DNA of 64,000 bases from Candidatus Norongarragalinales archaeon. GTDB lineage: Archaea > Micrarchaeota > Micrarchaeia > Norongarragalinales > Norongarragalinaceae. The notes under the pieces are model-generated. The model was not told the origin of the DNA, did no database searches, and was given only the letters and a program-made list of their open reading frames with translations. Positions 10,626-20,069 of the stretch are shown here, in pieces; positions within the stretch are counted from its first letter, which is position 1, and every line of letters starts with the position of its first letter. The stretch covers positions 608,001 through 672,000 of the forward strand of contig JAWABJ010000001.1 of assembly GCA_038884755.1 (NCBI GenBank), read 5' to 3'. A program made the position numbers and the translations under genes.

Positions 10626-11852
10626 TCAGCTGAATAGTATTTTCAGGTAGACTAACGGACTGGTCAGCTCTTTTCGCGCGGTCTCGTTCGCGAGCGTCTC
10701 TGCAATCATGTCTCTCGCGTGCTTGTTCGTCGCCGCTTTCTTTACGATGTAGTTCAACAGCCAGTAGTTTCCGTTGATGTTCCATGAGCCGCGTTTTTGC
10801 AGCTTGTAGCTCTTCTGCAATTCGTTGTCCAACTCTGCGCTCAAATCTTTCTCGTACTTAAATAAAGTAACTTCGGAAAAGTCGTTCTTCGAGAAAGCTT
10901 CGTGAATGGTGTTAGCGGCAATCTTGCCCGAAGTCATCGCGTTTCCAATTCCCTCTCCGGTGAAAGGATCAATCAAAGAAGCTGCATCTCCGATCAAAAC
11001 GAATCCGTTGCCGTGGTTTTTTCTTCTCTTGGAACCGAAAGGCAGGTTCCAAGCTTTTACTTCAGAAACCTGCTCTGCGTTCGCAAAGCGTTCTTTGAAC
11101 AGCGGGTTGGTTTTGATTTCGTTCAACATCCATTCCTTGAGGTTGATTTTCTTCTGCTTGAAGTCTTTAGTGAGAAGGCCGGCGCCGACGTTGGCCAAAC
11201 CATTGTCGAGCGGGAAAATCCAAAAGTAGCCTGGAACTATCGACTGCACGAAGTGCAATTCTATGTTTTTCGTCATTCCAGTCACGCCTTTGTAGTAAGC
11301 GCGCACTGCGACGCAGTGGTGGTTTTCGTCTATCTTGTCCAAGCCCAGCTTGTTGGCGACTATCGACGTGGCGCCGTCGGCGCCGACGACCACTTTAGCG
11401 CGAAACTCGCGCGGAGTCTTGTCTTTCATGCTTATGCCTTTCACTCCCACGACGAAATCTCCTTCCTTGACGACGTCTGTAACGGCAAATTCTTCCATTA
11501 CGGTGGCGAATTTCTTGCAATGCTGGAACAAGAGGTTGTCGTACACGAGGCGTCGGGCGCAATAGCCCACGTTTTCTTCAGTGCGGAACGGAATTTCTAC
11601 CACATAGCCTTCTGGCGAAGAAAACGTTACTCCGTATATTTTTTCGTTGTCTATAGCTTCCACGCCTTGAAGCAGTCCCATCTCGCGCAGCACGCCCATG
11701 CTTTTTCCGCTTATCGCGTCTCCGCAAGTCTTGTCGCGCGGGAATTTCGCCTTGTCCAAAAGCAAGACCTTGTGCGCCATTTGGCCCAAGAACGTGGCGC
11801 AAGTCGAGCCTGCAGGCCCGCCACCAACGATTATGACGTCGTAGTTTTCCAT
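10626..11852 (-). CDS. geranylgeranyl reductase family FAD oxidoreductase
   Basis: VGGGPAGS, FPRDKTCGD, GADGA.S, GYFWIFP, LIGDAASLIDPFTGEGI. Confidence 0.92.
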   Translation of the reverse strand: MENYDVIIVGGGPAGSTCATFLGQMAHKVLLLDKAKFPRDKTCGDAISGKSMGVLREMGLLQGVEAIDNEKIYGVTFSSPEGYVVEIPFRTEENVGYCARRLVYDNLLFQHCKKFATVMEEFAVTDVVKEGDFVVGVKGISMKDKTPREFRAKVVVGADGATSIVANKLGLDKIDENHHCVAVRAYYKGVTGMTKNIELHFVQSIVPGYFWIFPLDNGLANVGAGLLTKDFKQKKINLKEWMLNEIKTNPLFKERFANAEQVSEVKAWNLPFGSKRRKNHGNGFVLIGDAASLIDPFTGEGIGNAMTSGKIAANTIHEAFSKNDFSEVTLFKYEKDLSAELDNELQKSYKLQKRGSWNINGNYWLLNYIVKKAATNKHARDMIAETLANETARKELTSPLVYLKILFS

Positions 11853-12035
11853 TCTCTTCCAACCATTTTTTAGAATATCTTTAAACGCTTGCCTAGGGGG
11901 GTTAGCGCCGCCAAAGGCAAATAGACTTTACTGCTTTATTCTACAGGTTCGAACAAGAATAAAAAGGGTTTCGTTTGGACTTTCGGGCAAGGCATAAAAA
12001 CACCGTTTGGCTTAAAACAATTACGGGAAAGCGGA

Positions 12036-12236
12036 ATGGCTAAAGGCGAAATTCCTTTCGTGGACAAGGCAAAGTGCATAGGCAGCGGCATGTGCGCGAT
12101 TGTCGCGTCGAAAACATTCAAGGTCGTCGATGGAAAAAGCACGGTGATAGAACCGCAAGGCGATTCGGAGGAAAACATCCAGGCGGCTATAGACGGCTGC
12201 CCCGCCCAAGCGATCTTCTGGAAGAAAAAACAGTAA
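12036..12236 (+). CDS. ferredoxin
   Basis: CIGSGMC..AIDGCPAQAI. Confidence 0.88.
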   Translation: MAKGEIPFVDKAKCIGSGMCAIVASKTFKVVDGKSTVIEPQGDSEENIQAAIDGCPAQAIFWKKKQ

Positions 12237-12246
12237 AAAGCCGAAA

Positions 12247-12795
12247 TTAGCTTCTTGCGAAGTATTTGGCGTAGGCTACGCCCACGAGCAAGCCGCCCAA
12301 GTGTGCCGCGCTCGCTATTCCGCTTGCGGGGTTGAACGTGCCGAGGAATTCTATCAAAACCCAAAACACGGCAGCGTAACGCATGGGCATGGGCACGAAC
12401 ATCACGAAAACGGTCATGTTTGGCATCAATACGGCAAGCGCCCCGAGAATGCCGTAAATCGCACCGCTCGCGCCCAACGCCGGCAAGGACGGAATAACTC
12501 CCAAGGCGACGAACGCGTAGTAGGAAAAGCTTCCTATCACTCCCGCGGCCAGGAACAGTTCCAAAAACTTTCTCGAGCCTATGCGCGTTTCCAAGAAAGG
12601 CCCGAACATGAGCAGGGCGAAGCCGTTGAAGAACAAGTGCATAAGCCCGCCGTGGAGGAAAATGGAGGTGAAAAAGCCCCACGGCTGGGTTGAAACCGAG
12701 GCGGGGTTGAACCAAAACAATTCCGTAAAACCGGGAATCGCGAGCTGTAGCACGAAAACAGTTATTAGGAGAACGAGAAGGGTCGTTGAGTACAA
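12247..12795 (-). CDS. rhomboid intramembrane serine protease
   Basis: TSIFLHGG..HLFFN, GASGAIYG, AHLGG; start uncertain. Confidence 0.92.
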   Translation of the reverse strand: MYSTTLLVLLITVFVLQLAIPGFTELFWFNPASVSTQPWGFFTSIFLHGGLMHLFFNGFALLMFGPFLETRIGSRKFLELFLAAGVIGSFSYYAFVALGVIPSLPALGASGAIYGILGALAVLMPNMTVFVMFVPMPMRYAAVFWVLIEFLGTFNPASGIASAAHLGGLLVGVAYAKYFARS

Positions 12796-12859
12796 GGAAT
12801 AACACCTGGCGGCTAGGAAATATTAAGCGGGCCTCTTTTTATAATTAGAACTGGTTGGA

Positions 12860-13222
12860 ATGAAATTGCACTTGAAAAAATGTGTTCCATGCGAAGGCGG
12901 CATTACGCCCTTGCCTTTGCGCGAAGCTCGAAAAATGCTCGAAATCCTGCCCGCGGGCTGGAAGATAGCCGAAAACGGCGCAGGAATCCCCCAATTGAGA
13001 AAGACGTTCGTTTTCAAAAACTTCGCTAAAGCAATCGCATTCGTCAACCGCATCGCAGCAATAGCTGAAAGCCAAGGCCACCATCCGGACATAGTCGTTT
13101 TCGGTTGGAACAAGGTGCGCATAGAGCTTTACACGCACGCCATTCGCGGCTTGCATGAGAACGATTTCGTGATGGCCGCGCGAATAGACCATGTTTACAC
13201 GGTCAAAAACAAGGGTTTTTAA
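12860..13222 (+). CDS. pterin-4a-carbinolamine dehydratase
   Basis: CVPCEGG, F.F.NF, AESQGHHPDI, THAIRGLHENDFVMAARID. Confidence 0.92.
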   Translation: MKLHLKKCVPCEGGITPLPLREARKMLEILPAGWKIAENGAGIPQLRKTFVFKNFAKAIAFVNRIAAIAESQGHHPDIVVFGWNKVRIELYTHAIRGLHENDFVMAARIDHVYTVKNKGF

Positions 13223-13363
13223 GGCGAACGAAGTAAAGAACTTTAGAGAAACCTAGTTCTAGGCGAGAACAATTGAAAGAGGAAGTTTCAATAGCTTTTT
13301 CTGATAGATTTTCTGGCTACGAGCGGGTTTAATGCACTGTAGAAGTGCAGGGTGAACAGAAGT

Positions 13364-13552
13364 ATGGAAGACACAAGTGGAGGCCAAGGCGGCTTTAGAG
13401 GTGGCTACGGCGACAGGAAAATGTATAAGGCGACTTGCTCCGATTGCGGAGCCGAGTGCGAAGTTCCTTTTGAACCTTCGCCCGGAAGGCCTGTGTACTG
13501 CAGGAACTGCTACCAAAACCACAGGAAACCCCATCACGGCGGCAGAAGGTAA
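13364..13552 (+). CDS. CxxC-x17-CxxC domain zinc-finger protein
   Basis: RKMYKATCSDCGAECEVPFEP..GRPVYCRNCY; SD GGGTGA upstream of ATG 13364. Confidence 0.88.
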   Translation: MEDTSGGQGGFRGGYGDRKMYKATCSDCGAECEVPFEPSPGRPVYCRNCYQNHRKPHHGGRR

Positions 13553-13665
13553 AAACTTCTGAATTCCTGTAAAAGAAAAAAGGGCGTAAAAAACCCTTTT
13601 CTCCTTCTTATTCGTTTTTTCTGTCAACTTCGATTATTCAATGTAAAACCTAAAGTGGCTTGAAA

Positions 13666-13819
13666 ATGGTTTTGGAAAGCGAAGCCGCATGCCCAAAATG
13701 CTTTGAACGAAAACGGCTATACTATAATGATGTCTAAAGACAAGAGCGGAGCGTTTCACTGCAAGTACGGACACAAGTTCAAGGAAGACTCGAAAGGGTT
13801 TCTCAAGCCCTTAGCTTGA
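13666..13819 (+). pseudogene. small zinc-ribbon protein with 1-nt frameshift
   Basis: MVLESEAACPKC in one frame continues as LNENGYTIMMSKDKSGAFHCKYGHKFKEDSKGFLKPLA* in another; resembles the 40849-41004 protein. Confidence 0.6.
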
Positions 13820-13945
13820 CCCCAAATTTTTTGCTGGCCAGGAGGAGTCATAAATACCTCTAGAAAGCAGGAGTATTAATTTTTGTCTAAGCGGGCGGCT
13901 TAGTAAAGGAAAGAGGTTTCCAAGGAGAAAACCACGTTTTCTCCC

Positions 13946-14004
13946 GGATCAGACCGTCCGTCATTCATCATTCTGAGTCAGAAAGAATTCTAGGTCATCA
14001 TACA
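13946..14004 (-). ncRNA. C/D box guide sRNA
   Basis: C ATGATGA (14001-13995), D' CTGA (13981-13978), C' ATGATGA (13971-13965), D CTGA (13952-13949); 13- and 12-nt guides; TATA-like TTTAATAT ~25 nt upstream. Confidence 0.9.
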
Positions 14005-14058
14005 AAGGAAAATGCTTTAGCGGGATATTAAACGGTTGGGGCTGACGCTGGAACGTTG

Positions 14059-14092
14059 AAAAGAAAAAAGAAGAAAATAAAAAAAGAAAAAG
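14059..14092 (-). terminator. U-rich archaeal terminator after pilin gene
   Basis: Long T-rich tract on minus strand just after pilin stop. Confidence 0.55.
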
Positions 14093-14111
14093 AGAGCCTG
14101 AGGGTTTAAAC

Positions 14112-14558
14112 TCAGACTACCCTGACGAAACCGGTTTCGTTGTGCGCTAAGCCGGACAATTGAGAAATGTATCCGACGGTCACGGGAACCTGGTCTCCGA
14201 CTGCAAAGCTCGCTCCGCTAGTAACGCTGCAAGAGAATTTGCTGTTAGCAGCAACGCCGGTTGAAGGATTGCAAGTCGCTGCAACTCCGTCGATGGTAAC
14301 GCTGATGGAGTTCATGGTCGTTCCGGCCGCGTTTCCGAACACCACCTCGGCCGTAGTCGGGGCGGTGGTGGTGTAGTCAATCACGGTAAGCGTTGAAAAG
14401 CCTCCTGATTGCTTTCCTGCCGCGTACCTGTTCGGGTTGAATACGCCGAGATACCACAGTACTGCGGCGATGATTACAATCGCCAATACTGCCCAACCGT
14501 AAGTAACAAGATACTCGAGAGCAGCTTGTCCTTTCCTACTTTCTTTCATTACTTTCAT
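14112..14558 (-). CDS. archaeal type IV pilin (probable major pilin)
   Basis: Class III signal RKGQ/AALEYLVTYGWAVLAIVII; own TATA-like element and terminator. Confidence 0.88.
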   Translation of the reverse strand: MKVMKESRKGQAALEYLVTYGWAVLAIVIIAAVLWYLGVFNPNRYAAGKQSGGFSTLTVIDYTTTAPTTAEVVFGNAAGTTMNSISVTIDGVAATCNPSTGVAANSKFSCSVTSGASFAVGDQVPVTVGYISQLSGLAHNETGFVRVV

Positions 14559-14651
14559 CCAACAATCCCCTCTTTTCTTTTTTAAATAAAGGAATTGTAT
14601 GCATAACCGAACGGTATTTTTAAAGCTTATCGTAGGTCGGGATGGGGGGGT

Positions 14652-15683
14652 TTATTTTATGAAACCCGAAAACGCGCCTTCCAAGCCTATTGAGAAGAAG
14701 AAATACAGGCCTAAGGCTACGAGAACGAATATCGGCGCGTATTTCAGCCCGCGCACCGACTTGCCTTCGCGTATCAGTCCCAGGATGAGCGAGGCGAAAA
14801 ACGCCGATACTGCAATCGTTGTTATTGAGAAAAGCCGTATTTCGTTCGAGGTTATGCCGCCTTTCTTTTGTCCCGGGCTGCTTACGAAAGCGGAAAAAGG
14901 CCCTGCCTGCGGGGGGAGGGAAAAGTTCTGGCCTTCGCTGCCCTTCAGCTGCTTTTCAGCCAGCTTTTCGTTCAAGACCGCGTAGTAAGTGGAAACCGAA
15001 AACAGCAAGGGCGAAGCCACCACCGCAGCGAAAATGATGAAAATCGCGTATGTTGTCGTAGCAACGGCTATCTCCTTTTGGAGCAGCTGCGTGGAGCGTA
15101 TGTCGGAAGCCACTTGGTCGAGCAGGTGGGCCATTTCTCCTCCAAGAACGATGCCTTCGTTGATGAGTCGTATGGCACGCTCGACTAACTGCGAATTCAC
15201 GCGCTTCGACATTTCCTTGAGGGTTTCGTTGAGCGGCGCGCCTCCGAAAGACTTGGCGCTCATGCGCTGGATTTCGTCCTTGAAAGGACCGAATTCAGGG
15301 CGTGCCGAAGACCAGACGGCATTTTCCAAAGTCATTCCCGCGCGGATGTTGGCTGAAATCATTTGCAATGCAACAGGCAACACTTCCTCAATTTTTCTCG
15401 AGCGCGAGTCTACGCGCGAGTTGAGCCAGACGTAAAACAATGCCAGCGATAGCAGGAAAGCGACGGGCGCGGTTGTAATTTGTATCAACGCGTCGGGAAA
15501 GAAGGCGGGGGAAACGAAGAAAGCGAGGAGGGCTGCGCTTATGGAAGTGAACAGCGCGAAACCCAGGAAACTCCGCGCGTCAAGCTGCTCCAACCCGCCT
15601 TGCAGGAGAAGGTTGGAAGTCGCCTTGACCAAAGGACGCGGGAACAACGCCGAAAAGCGTCGGTATACTGAAAGCAAGATCAT
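14652..15683 (-). CDS. type II/IV secretion platform membrane protein (TadC/GspF-like)
   Basis: IEEVLPVALQMISANIRAGMTLENA..RPEFGPFKDEI, GGEMAHLLDQVA; several TMs; start moved to MILLSV. Confidence 0.88.
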   Translation of the reverse strand: MILLSVYRRFSALFPRPLVKATSNLLLQGGLEQLDARSFLGFALFTSISAALLAFFVSPAFFPDALIQITTAPVAFLLSLALFYVWLNSRVDSRSRKIEEVLPVALQMISANIRAGMTLENAVWSSARPEFGPFKDEIQRMSAKSFGGAPLNETLKEMSKRVNSQLVERAIRLINEGIVLGGEMAHLLDQVASDIRSTQLLQKEIAVATTTYAIFIIFAAVVASPLLFSVSTYYAVLNEKLAEKQLKGSEGQNFSLPPQAGPFSAFVSSPGQKKGGITSNEIRLFSITTIAVSAFFASLILGLIREGKSVRGLKYAPIFVLVALGLYFFFSIGLEGAFSGFIK

Positions 15684-15694
15684 GAATGCACCAC

Positions 15695-16564
15695 TTAAAT
15701 CAGCGGCCTCCGGCTCGAAACGAAGCTCATGAAGAAAACCTGGAATCCGACTACAAGCAGCAAAACAAGCGGCAGGATTATTGTTGGAATGTTGACGCTC
15801 AGGAAAGAGGAAATCACGATTATCATAGTTATGCCTAGACTGGGCAACACGACTGCGGCCATCATGTAAAACATGGTCCAAGGAGAAAGCTCCTGGCCGT
15901 AACGGTGAATTTCGTCGATTTTTTCCTTCGTCAATTCGCCAAGCAAAGACTCGAGCGAATCGCCAACATCGCTCCCGACTTTCAGCGCGTTTTGGATTTG
16001 CCAAAGCACTTTCCTGAATTGCGGCGAGGGCGTTTCCCGCGACGCTTCGCTCAAAGCATCGAGCTCGGAAACCCCGCTGTTGACTCTCGTGATTATTTTC
16101 CTGAATTGGACTGAAACTTCCCCGTATCCAGTCGAAACGCTAGTCATGGCGTTGAACAAAGGCACGCCCGAACGCAATTCTATCAGCAGCTGCCTTACCG
16201 CGGGAATGAGCTGGTTTTCCTGAAGGCGCCTTACGCGCATCATTATTATTTTCGGGTAGAAAATTACTGTGAAAAAACTGGCTGCGCCGACGAGGAGGAA
16301 AAACCCGATTGCGGGAAGCAGCAAGTCCAAGCCCGCGGCAAGCGAGATTGCCAAAACCGCAAGGATTACCGCAATCGCATTGGTCAAGCCAACGCTCAAG
16401 GCGACCGCGACGTAATCGCGCGGGATTTCTTCAATCTCGGCTTGGATCAGGTTTTCGTGAAGCTGGGGGAAAAAGCCGCTGAAAAAGCCGCCCACGTTCT
16501 TGAGCGAGTGCGCGAGCCCCAGCACCACGGGCCTGGGGAAGAACGAAAAAGGTATTTTCAGCAT
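15695..16564 (-). CDS. type II/IV secretion platform membrane protein (TadB/GspF-like)
   Basis: LIPAVRQLLIELRSGVPLFNAM..YGEVS..F, GSDVGDSL; TMs. Confidence 0.88.
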   Translation of the reverse strand: MLKIPFSFFPRPVVLGLAHSLKNVGGFFSGFFPQLHENLIQAEIEEIPRDYVAVALSVGLTNAIAVILAVLAISLAAGLDLLLPAIGFFLLVGAASFFTVIFYPKIIMMRVRRLQENQLIPAVRQLLIELRSGVPLFNAMTSVSTGYGEVSVQFRKIITRVNSGVSELDALSEASRETPSPQFRKVLWQIQNALKVGSDVGDSLESLLGELTKEKIDEIHRYGQELSPWTMFYMMAAVVLPSLGITMIIVISSFLSVNIPTIILPLVLLLVVGFQVFFMSFVSSRRPLI

Positions 16565-16596
16565 CGCGTGTTTCCACTCGCTTTTTTTCAAAAACT

Positions 16597-18117
16597 TCAA
16601 AGGCAGTTCGAAAGGTCCGGAATCAGTTCGCACAACTCCTTGCGAGAAGCGTTCTTGTCCGACATGTTCAAGACTTTTTCCGGATCGCGGTAGTACCTTG
16701 CCACGACCCGGCCTACGGCGTTCACGCTCCTCACTCCCTGTTTAATCATGTACTTCAAGAGCGTCTGCTTGTTCCTCAAATCGGCTTGAATTTCCTTGGA
16801 GCTGAAGCCCGTGTGCAAGGAAAGCTCGCCGAAAAGCCTCGAGCTGTCTCCGACTTTCAACAGCTTGTCTTCGCGCGGGTCCCACGAGTAAAGCACGTTG
16901 ACGTTGGCCTTGTTTTCTTCAGGCACCACTTCGGCAACTTCGAAAGTCCTCCTTACGCCAGTCCTCCTCTGTCGGTATTGCACTACCACCAAATGCAAAG
17001 CACCCAAAACTTCTTCGGGAATGGAAATCGGCGGGTTGGTCAGGCGGTGTTTTGCCTGCGAAGCGTTGTCCGCGTGCAGGGTGGCGTAAACGCTGTGCCC
17101 AGTATGCATCGCCTCGAACAGTACTTCGGCTTCCCTCTGCCTTCGGATTTCCCCTACGACTATTCGGTCGGGACGCATACGCAGGGAGTTCACCATCAAA
17201 TCGAGCATGTCCACCCCTCCCTTTCCTTCTGGGTTGGGCAAGCGCGTGAGCAAGGGCGTCCAGTGCAAAAAGTCTGGCAGCACGAGCTCGCGCGTGTCTT
17301 CTATGCTTACAATCCGCTGGTTGGGCGGCGAAAAGACGAGAATCGAATTCAAGAAAGAAGTTTTTCCCGACGCGGTTCCGCCTGCGATGAGAGTGTTCAT
17401 TTCATACTGCACTGCAAGCCAAATCAGCGCGGCCACTTCTGCGTCGAGAGTGTTGTTCTGCACGAAATCCACGATTGTCCACGGCTCGCCGCGGAACTGG
17501 CGTATGGTCATGCCGTTTCCTTTCGAGGAAATGGGGAACAGGGTGGCGTTCACCCTGCTTCCGCTCAAGAGAGTGGCGTCCATCAGGGGAGTCAGGTTAG
17601 TGATTTGCCTTCCCACCCTTCGGCCGATTATCGAGGCGTAGTTGTGGATTTGCTCTTCGGTGGGAATGACGAGGTTGGTTTTCAGCCAGCCGAACTGCTT
17701 GTGGTAGACGAAAACCGGCTCTTTGGAAGAGTTTATGACTATTTCCTCGAGGTTGCCGTCGGAAAGCACGAGCTCAAGCTCGCCCAGCCCCACCATATCC
17801 TGTATCAAGCGTCCGACGAGAATGTCCTCTTCTTCATTGCTGAGGCCCTTCAACTCTTGCTTGACCAAAGCCCGCGCTGCTTCGGCCAGCCTCTTCTTGA
17901 CCGATTCGGCCTCGCGCGGGTCGATCACTTCGGAAATTTTGATGTTGACCGCTTCGATGATTTTCCTCTTGAGAAAGTCGAGAATGACTTTCGTCGACTG
18001 CTTGACGCGCGTGTGGCGCAGTTCGTAGGTGTTTATGAAATCGTTTTCGCTGTCCAACACCACCACTTGGGCGGGAACGCCTTCGCTTTCCACGGAGTAA
18101 GATGCAAGTTCCTTCAT
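16597..18117 (-). CDS. pilus assembly ATPase (CpaF/TadA/FlaI family)
   Basis: GGTASGKTS, SIEDTREL, LRMRPDRIVVGEIR, AMHTGH..ATLHA. Confidence 0.95.
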   Translation of the reverse strand: MKELASYSVESEGVPAQVVVLDSENDFINTYELRHTRVKQSTKVILDFLKRKIIEAVNIKISEVIDPREAESVKKRLAEAARALVKQELKGLSNEEEDILVGRLIQDMVGLGELELVLSDGNLEEIVINSSKEPVFVYHKQFGWLKTNLVIPTEEQIHNYASIIGRRVGRQITNLTPLMDATLLSGSRVNATLFPISSKGNGMTIRQFRGEPWTIVDFVQNNTLDAEVAALIWLAVQYEMNTLIAGGTASGKTSFLNSILVFSPPNQRIVSIEDTRELVLPDFLHWTPLLTRLPNPEGKGGVDMLDLMVNSLRMRPDRIVVGEIRRQREAEVLFEAMHTGHSVYATLHADNASQAKHRLTNPPISIPEEVLGALHLVVVQYRQRRTGVRRTFEVAEVVPEENKANVNVLYSWDPREDKLLKVGDSSRLFGELSLHTGFSSKEIQADLRNKQTLLKYMIKQGVRSVNAVGRVVARYYRDPEKVLNMSDKNASRKELCELIPDLSNCL

Positions 18118-18124
18118 TTTTCAA

Positions 18125-19045
18125 TCAACGCCTTTCCTTCTTTTTTGCGCGCCGGCTCCGTTGTTTTGCTGTTGCGCGTTTTTTTACGCCTTTGCGCTTG
18201 CGCGCGGGCTTTTCCCTCTTTCGGGGGGTGTTGCGCGGCTTGCTTTCAGGCGTGGTTTTTTTCTCGGAAACGCGGGATTTGGAAATGCTAAAGTTCGGCA
18301 GCTGGATTTTTCCAAGCGAAGGAAGCGCGTTTTTCTGCTCGCGTTTTGGCGTGCCCTCGGGTTGCGGCTGGGGCTTCTTTTCTTCAGCCTTCGGCTTGGC
18401 CTGCGAAGCCTGTTTTTTGTTCGAAGTAAGGTTTTGGAACCACGCTATCAAAAACGCGAGAAAGTGCGCGAGGAACGCGAGCGCGTTTTTCTTTTCCCCG
18501 GCAAAACTTGTTTTCTCCAGCTCCAAAAGCTTTTCCTGGAATTTTGAAATCTTCTGTTCGAAAGAAACTTCCCCTAATTCTATTTTCTTGACGTTCTCCT
18601 GGAAAGTCTTAAGGCGCTCTTGCAGGAACGACAATTCCTTCCTTATCGCTTCGATGTCGCTTTTCTTCAAGTCTTTCCTTGCGCTTGCTGCCGAAAGCGC
18701 CTTTTCGGCCTTGGAAAGCCGTTCGATAAAATCCTTCTCGATGAACTCGGCGACGTTCTCCACGCTTTTTATGTCTTCCAAAACCTCTTCCTCTTTCGCG
18801 GCCTTCGGCTGGGCGAACGGAATCATGGTTTTCTGCTGCTCGGTTTTTTTCGGCATGAGAATAGAGCCGCCGAGGGTGTATTGTATTTCTATCAAGTCGC
18901 TTTCTTCCAGGATCATGGCGAGCTTTTCAACCTGCTCTTCGGTCAGCGACAACGCAAGGGCAGCTTCCTTCACGGTAACCTTGTTTCCAGCCTTGACTAA
19001 ATCGTAAAGCTTGTCTATGACCGTTTCAATGTCTTCCTTTACCAA
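18125..19045 (-). CDS. pilus-locus protein: N-terminal winged-helix-like region, coiled coil, TM and basic tail
   Basis: IETVIDKLYDLVK..VTVKEAALAL..VEKLAMILEESDLIEIQY; in the pilus operon. Confidence 0.7.
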   Translation of the reverse strand: MVKEDIETVIDKLYDLVKAGNKVTVKEAALALSLTEEQVEKLAMILEESDLIEIQYTLGGSILMPKKTEQQKTMIPFAQPKAAKEEEVLEDIKSVENVAEFIEKDFIERLSKAEKALSAASARKDLKKSDIEAIRKELSFLQERLKTFQENVKKIELGEVSFEQKISKFQEKLLELEKTSFAGEKKNALAFLAHFLAFLIAWFQNLTSNKKQASQAKPKAEEKKPQPQPEGTPKREQKNALPSLGKIQLPNFSISKSRVSEKKTTPESKPRNTPRKREKPARKRKGVKKRATAKQRSRRAKKKERR

Positions 19046-19121
19046 AGCGCTCCACCAGTTCGCAATCCATAACGCCGTCTCGTTTTAAACTATTTTTGCT
19101 TAAGCTGCAAGCGACGCTTTC

Positions 19122-20069
19122 TTAGCACCCGGGGGTTTGCGCTGTAACGCCGTAAAACGCCGCGTGAGCACAATCGAGCTTTAGCCAAGCGTGGGACGAG
19201 CCGGTCACCCTGTTCCCCTGGTCGGAAAGCGTAGTGTTGAAGTACAAGTGGTCGGCGTGGCTTTGGTTGCGGATGGGAAGGTCTTGCGCTATGAATTCGT
19301 TTAGGTTTACGATAGTTTCTATCCCGAATTGCGAGGCGGACAGGTTTCCTTCAAGCCTGTTGAAAAAATCAGGGGAGTCGGGGTTGGGCACGTACGCTTC
19401 CGAAGTTATCGCATTGTCCAACGCCGCAATCCCGAAAACGTCCGAAGAGTTTGCGTAAAACAGCCTCGAAACAATGCCTTGCGAGTTCAAAGCGTAAAGC
19501 GGGTCTTCGAAACTCTCGATGGAAACAACCGCAACGGCGGAATAAACGCGGGTAAAGTTGAACGAATCGGGATTAGCCAGCGGCTTGACGAAAACCGAAA
19601 CGTTGGCGGAAAACAATACTGCATAAGGGCCGTAGTTGGAAACCGAAACGTCGTTTGGGGTTATGGAAATCGTCGAGTTCAGCCCGTAATAAAGCGATAG
19701 GTTTTGCATTGAAGACGTCCAGTGGGAAAGGTAGTTGAAGCCCATGGCAGGGTAGGATGGCGCGCTGCCGTCCGCAGAACCGTTCACTACCAGGTTTTTG
19801 AGCGAAGCGCGCGAGTCTGCCAAAGGCGCGCCTTCCGAAACCACGGTGCTTATCGCAGAGAGCACCGCGCTTTTTCCGCTGGCGCCCAACGCCCTGGAAA
19901 AATCGGAGTCTATGGAATTTATGAAATTCACCGCCTCGCGGGAAACCACTTTGGAAACGCCGGCGGAATAAGATTGAGAGGAGTTTATGGAATAGAAAAC
20001 CACGAGAGCGATGAGTGGAGTCAAGATTATCAAGACTGCTATTGAGTAGAAAAACGCCTTCAACGCCAC
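19122..20069 (-). CDS. pilin-like protein (class III signal)
   Basis: KA/FFYSIAVLII hydrophobic N-terminus; EDPLY motif; Asn/Ser-rich. Confidence 0.75.
   Translation of the reverse strand: MALKAFFYSIAVLIILTPLIALVVFYSINSSQSYSAGVSKVVSREAVNFINSIDSDFSRALGASGKSAVLSAISTVVSEGAPLADSRASLKNLVVNGSADGSAPSYPAMGFNYLSHWTSSMQNLSLYYGLNSTISITPNDVSVSNYGPYAVLFSANVSVFVKPLANPDSFNFTRVYSAVAVVSIESFEDPLYALNSQGIVSRLFYANSSDVFGIAALDNAITSEAYVPNPDSPDFFNRLEGNLSASQFGIETIVNLNEFIAQDLPIRNQSHADHLYFNTTLSDQGNRVTGSSHAWLKLDCAHAAFYGVTAQTPGC

Noticed and set aside
16786..18291. 501-aa plus-strand ORF and similar long antisense ORFs (21929-22873, 35657-36685, 46793-48187)
   Set aside because: Antisense shadows of well-supported genes with no motifs of their own.
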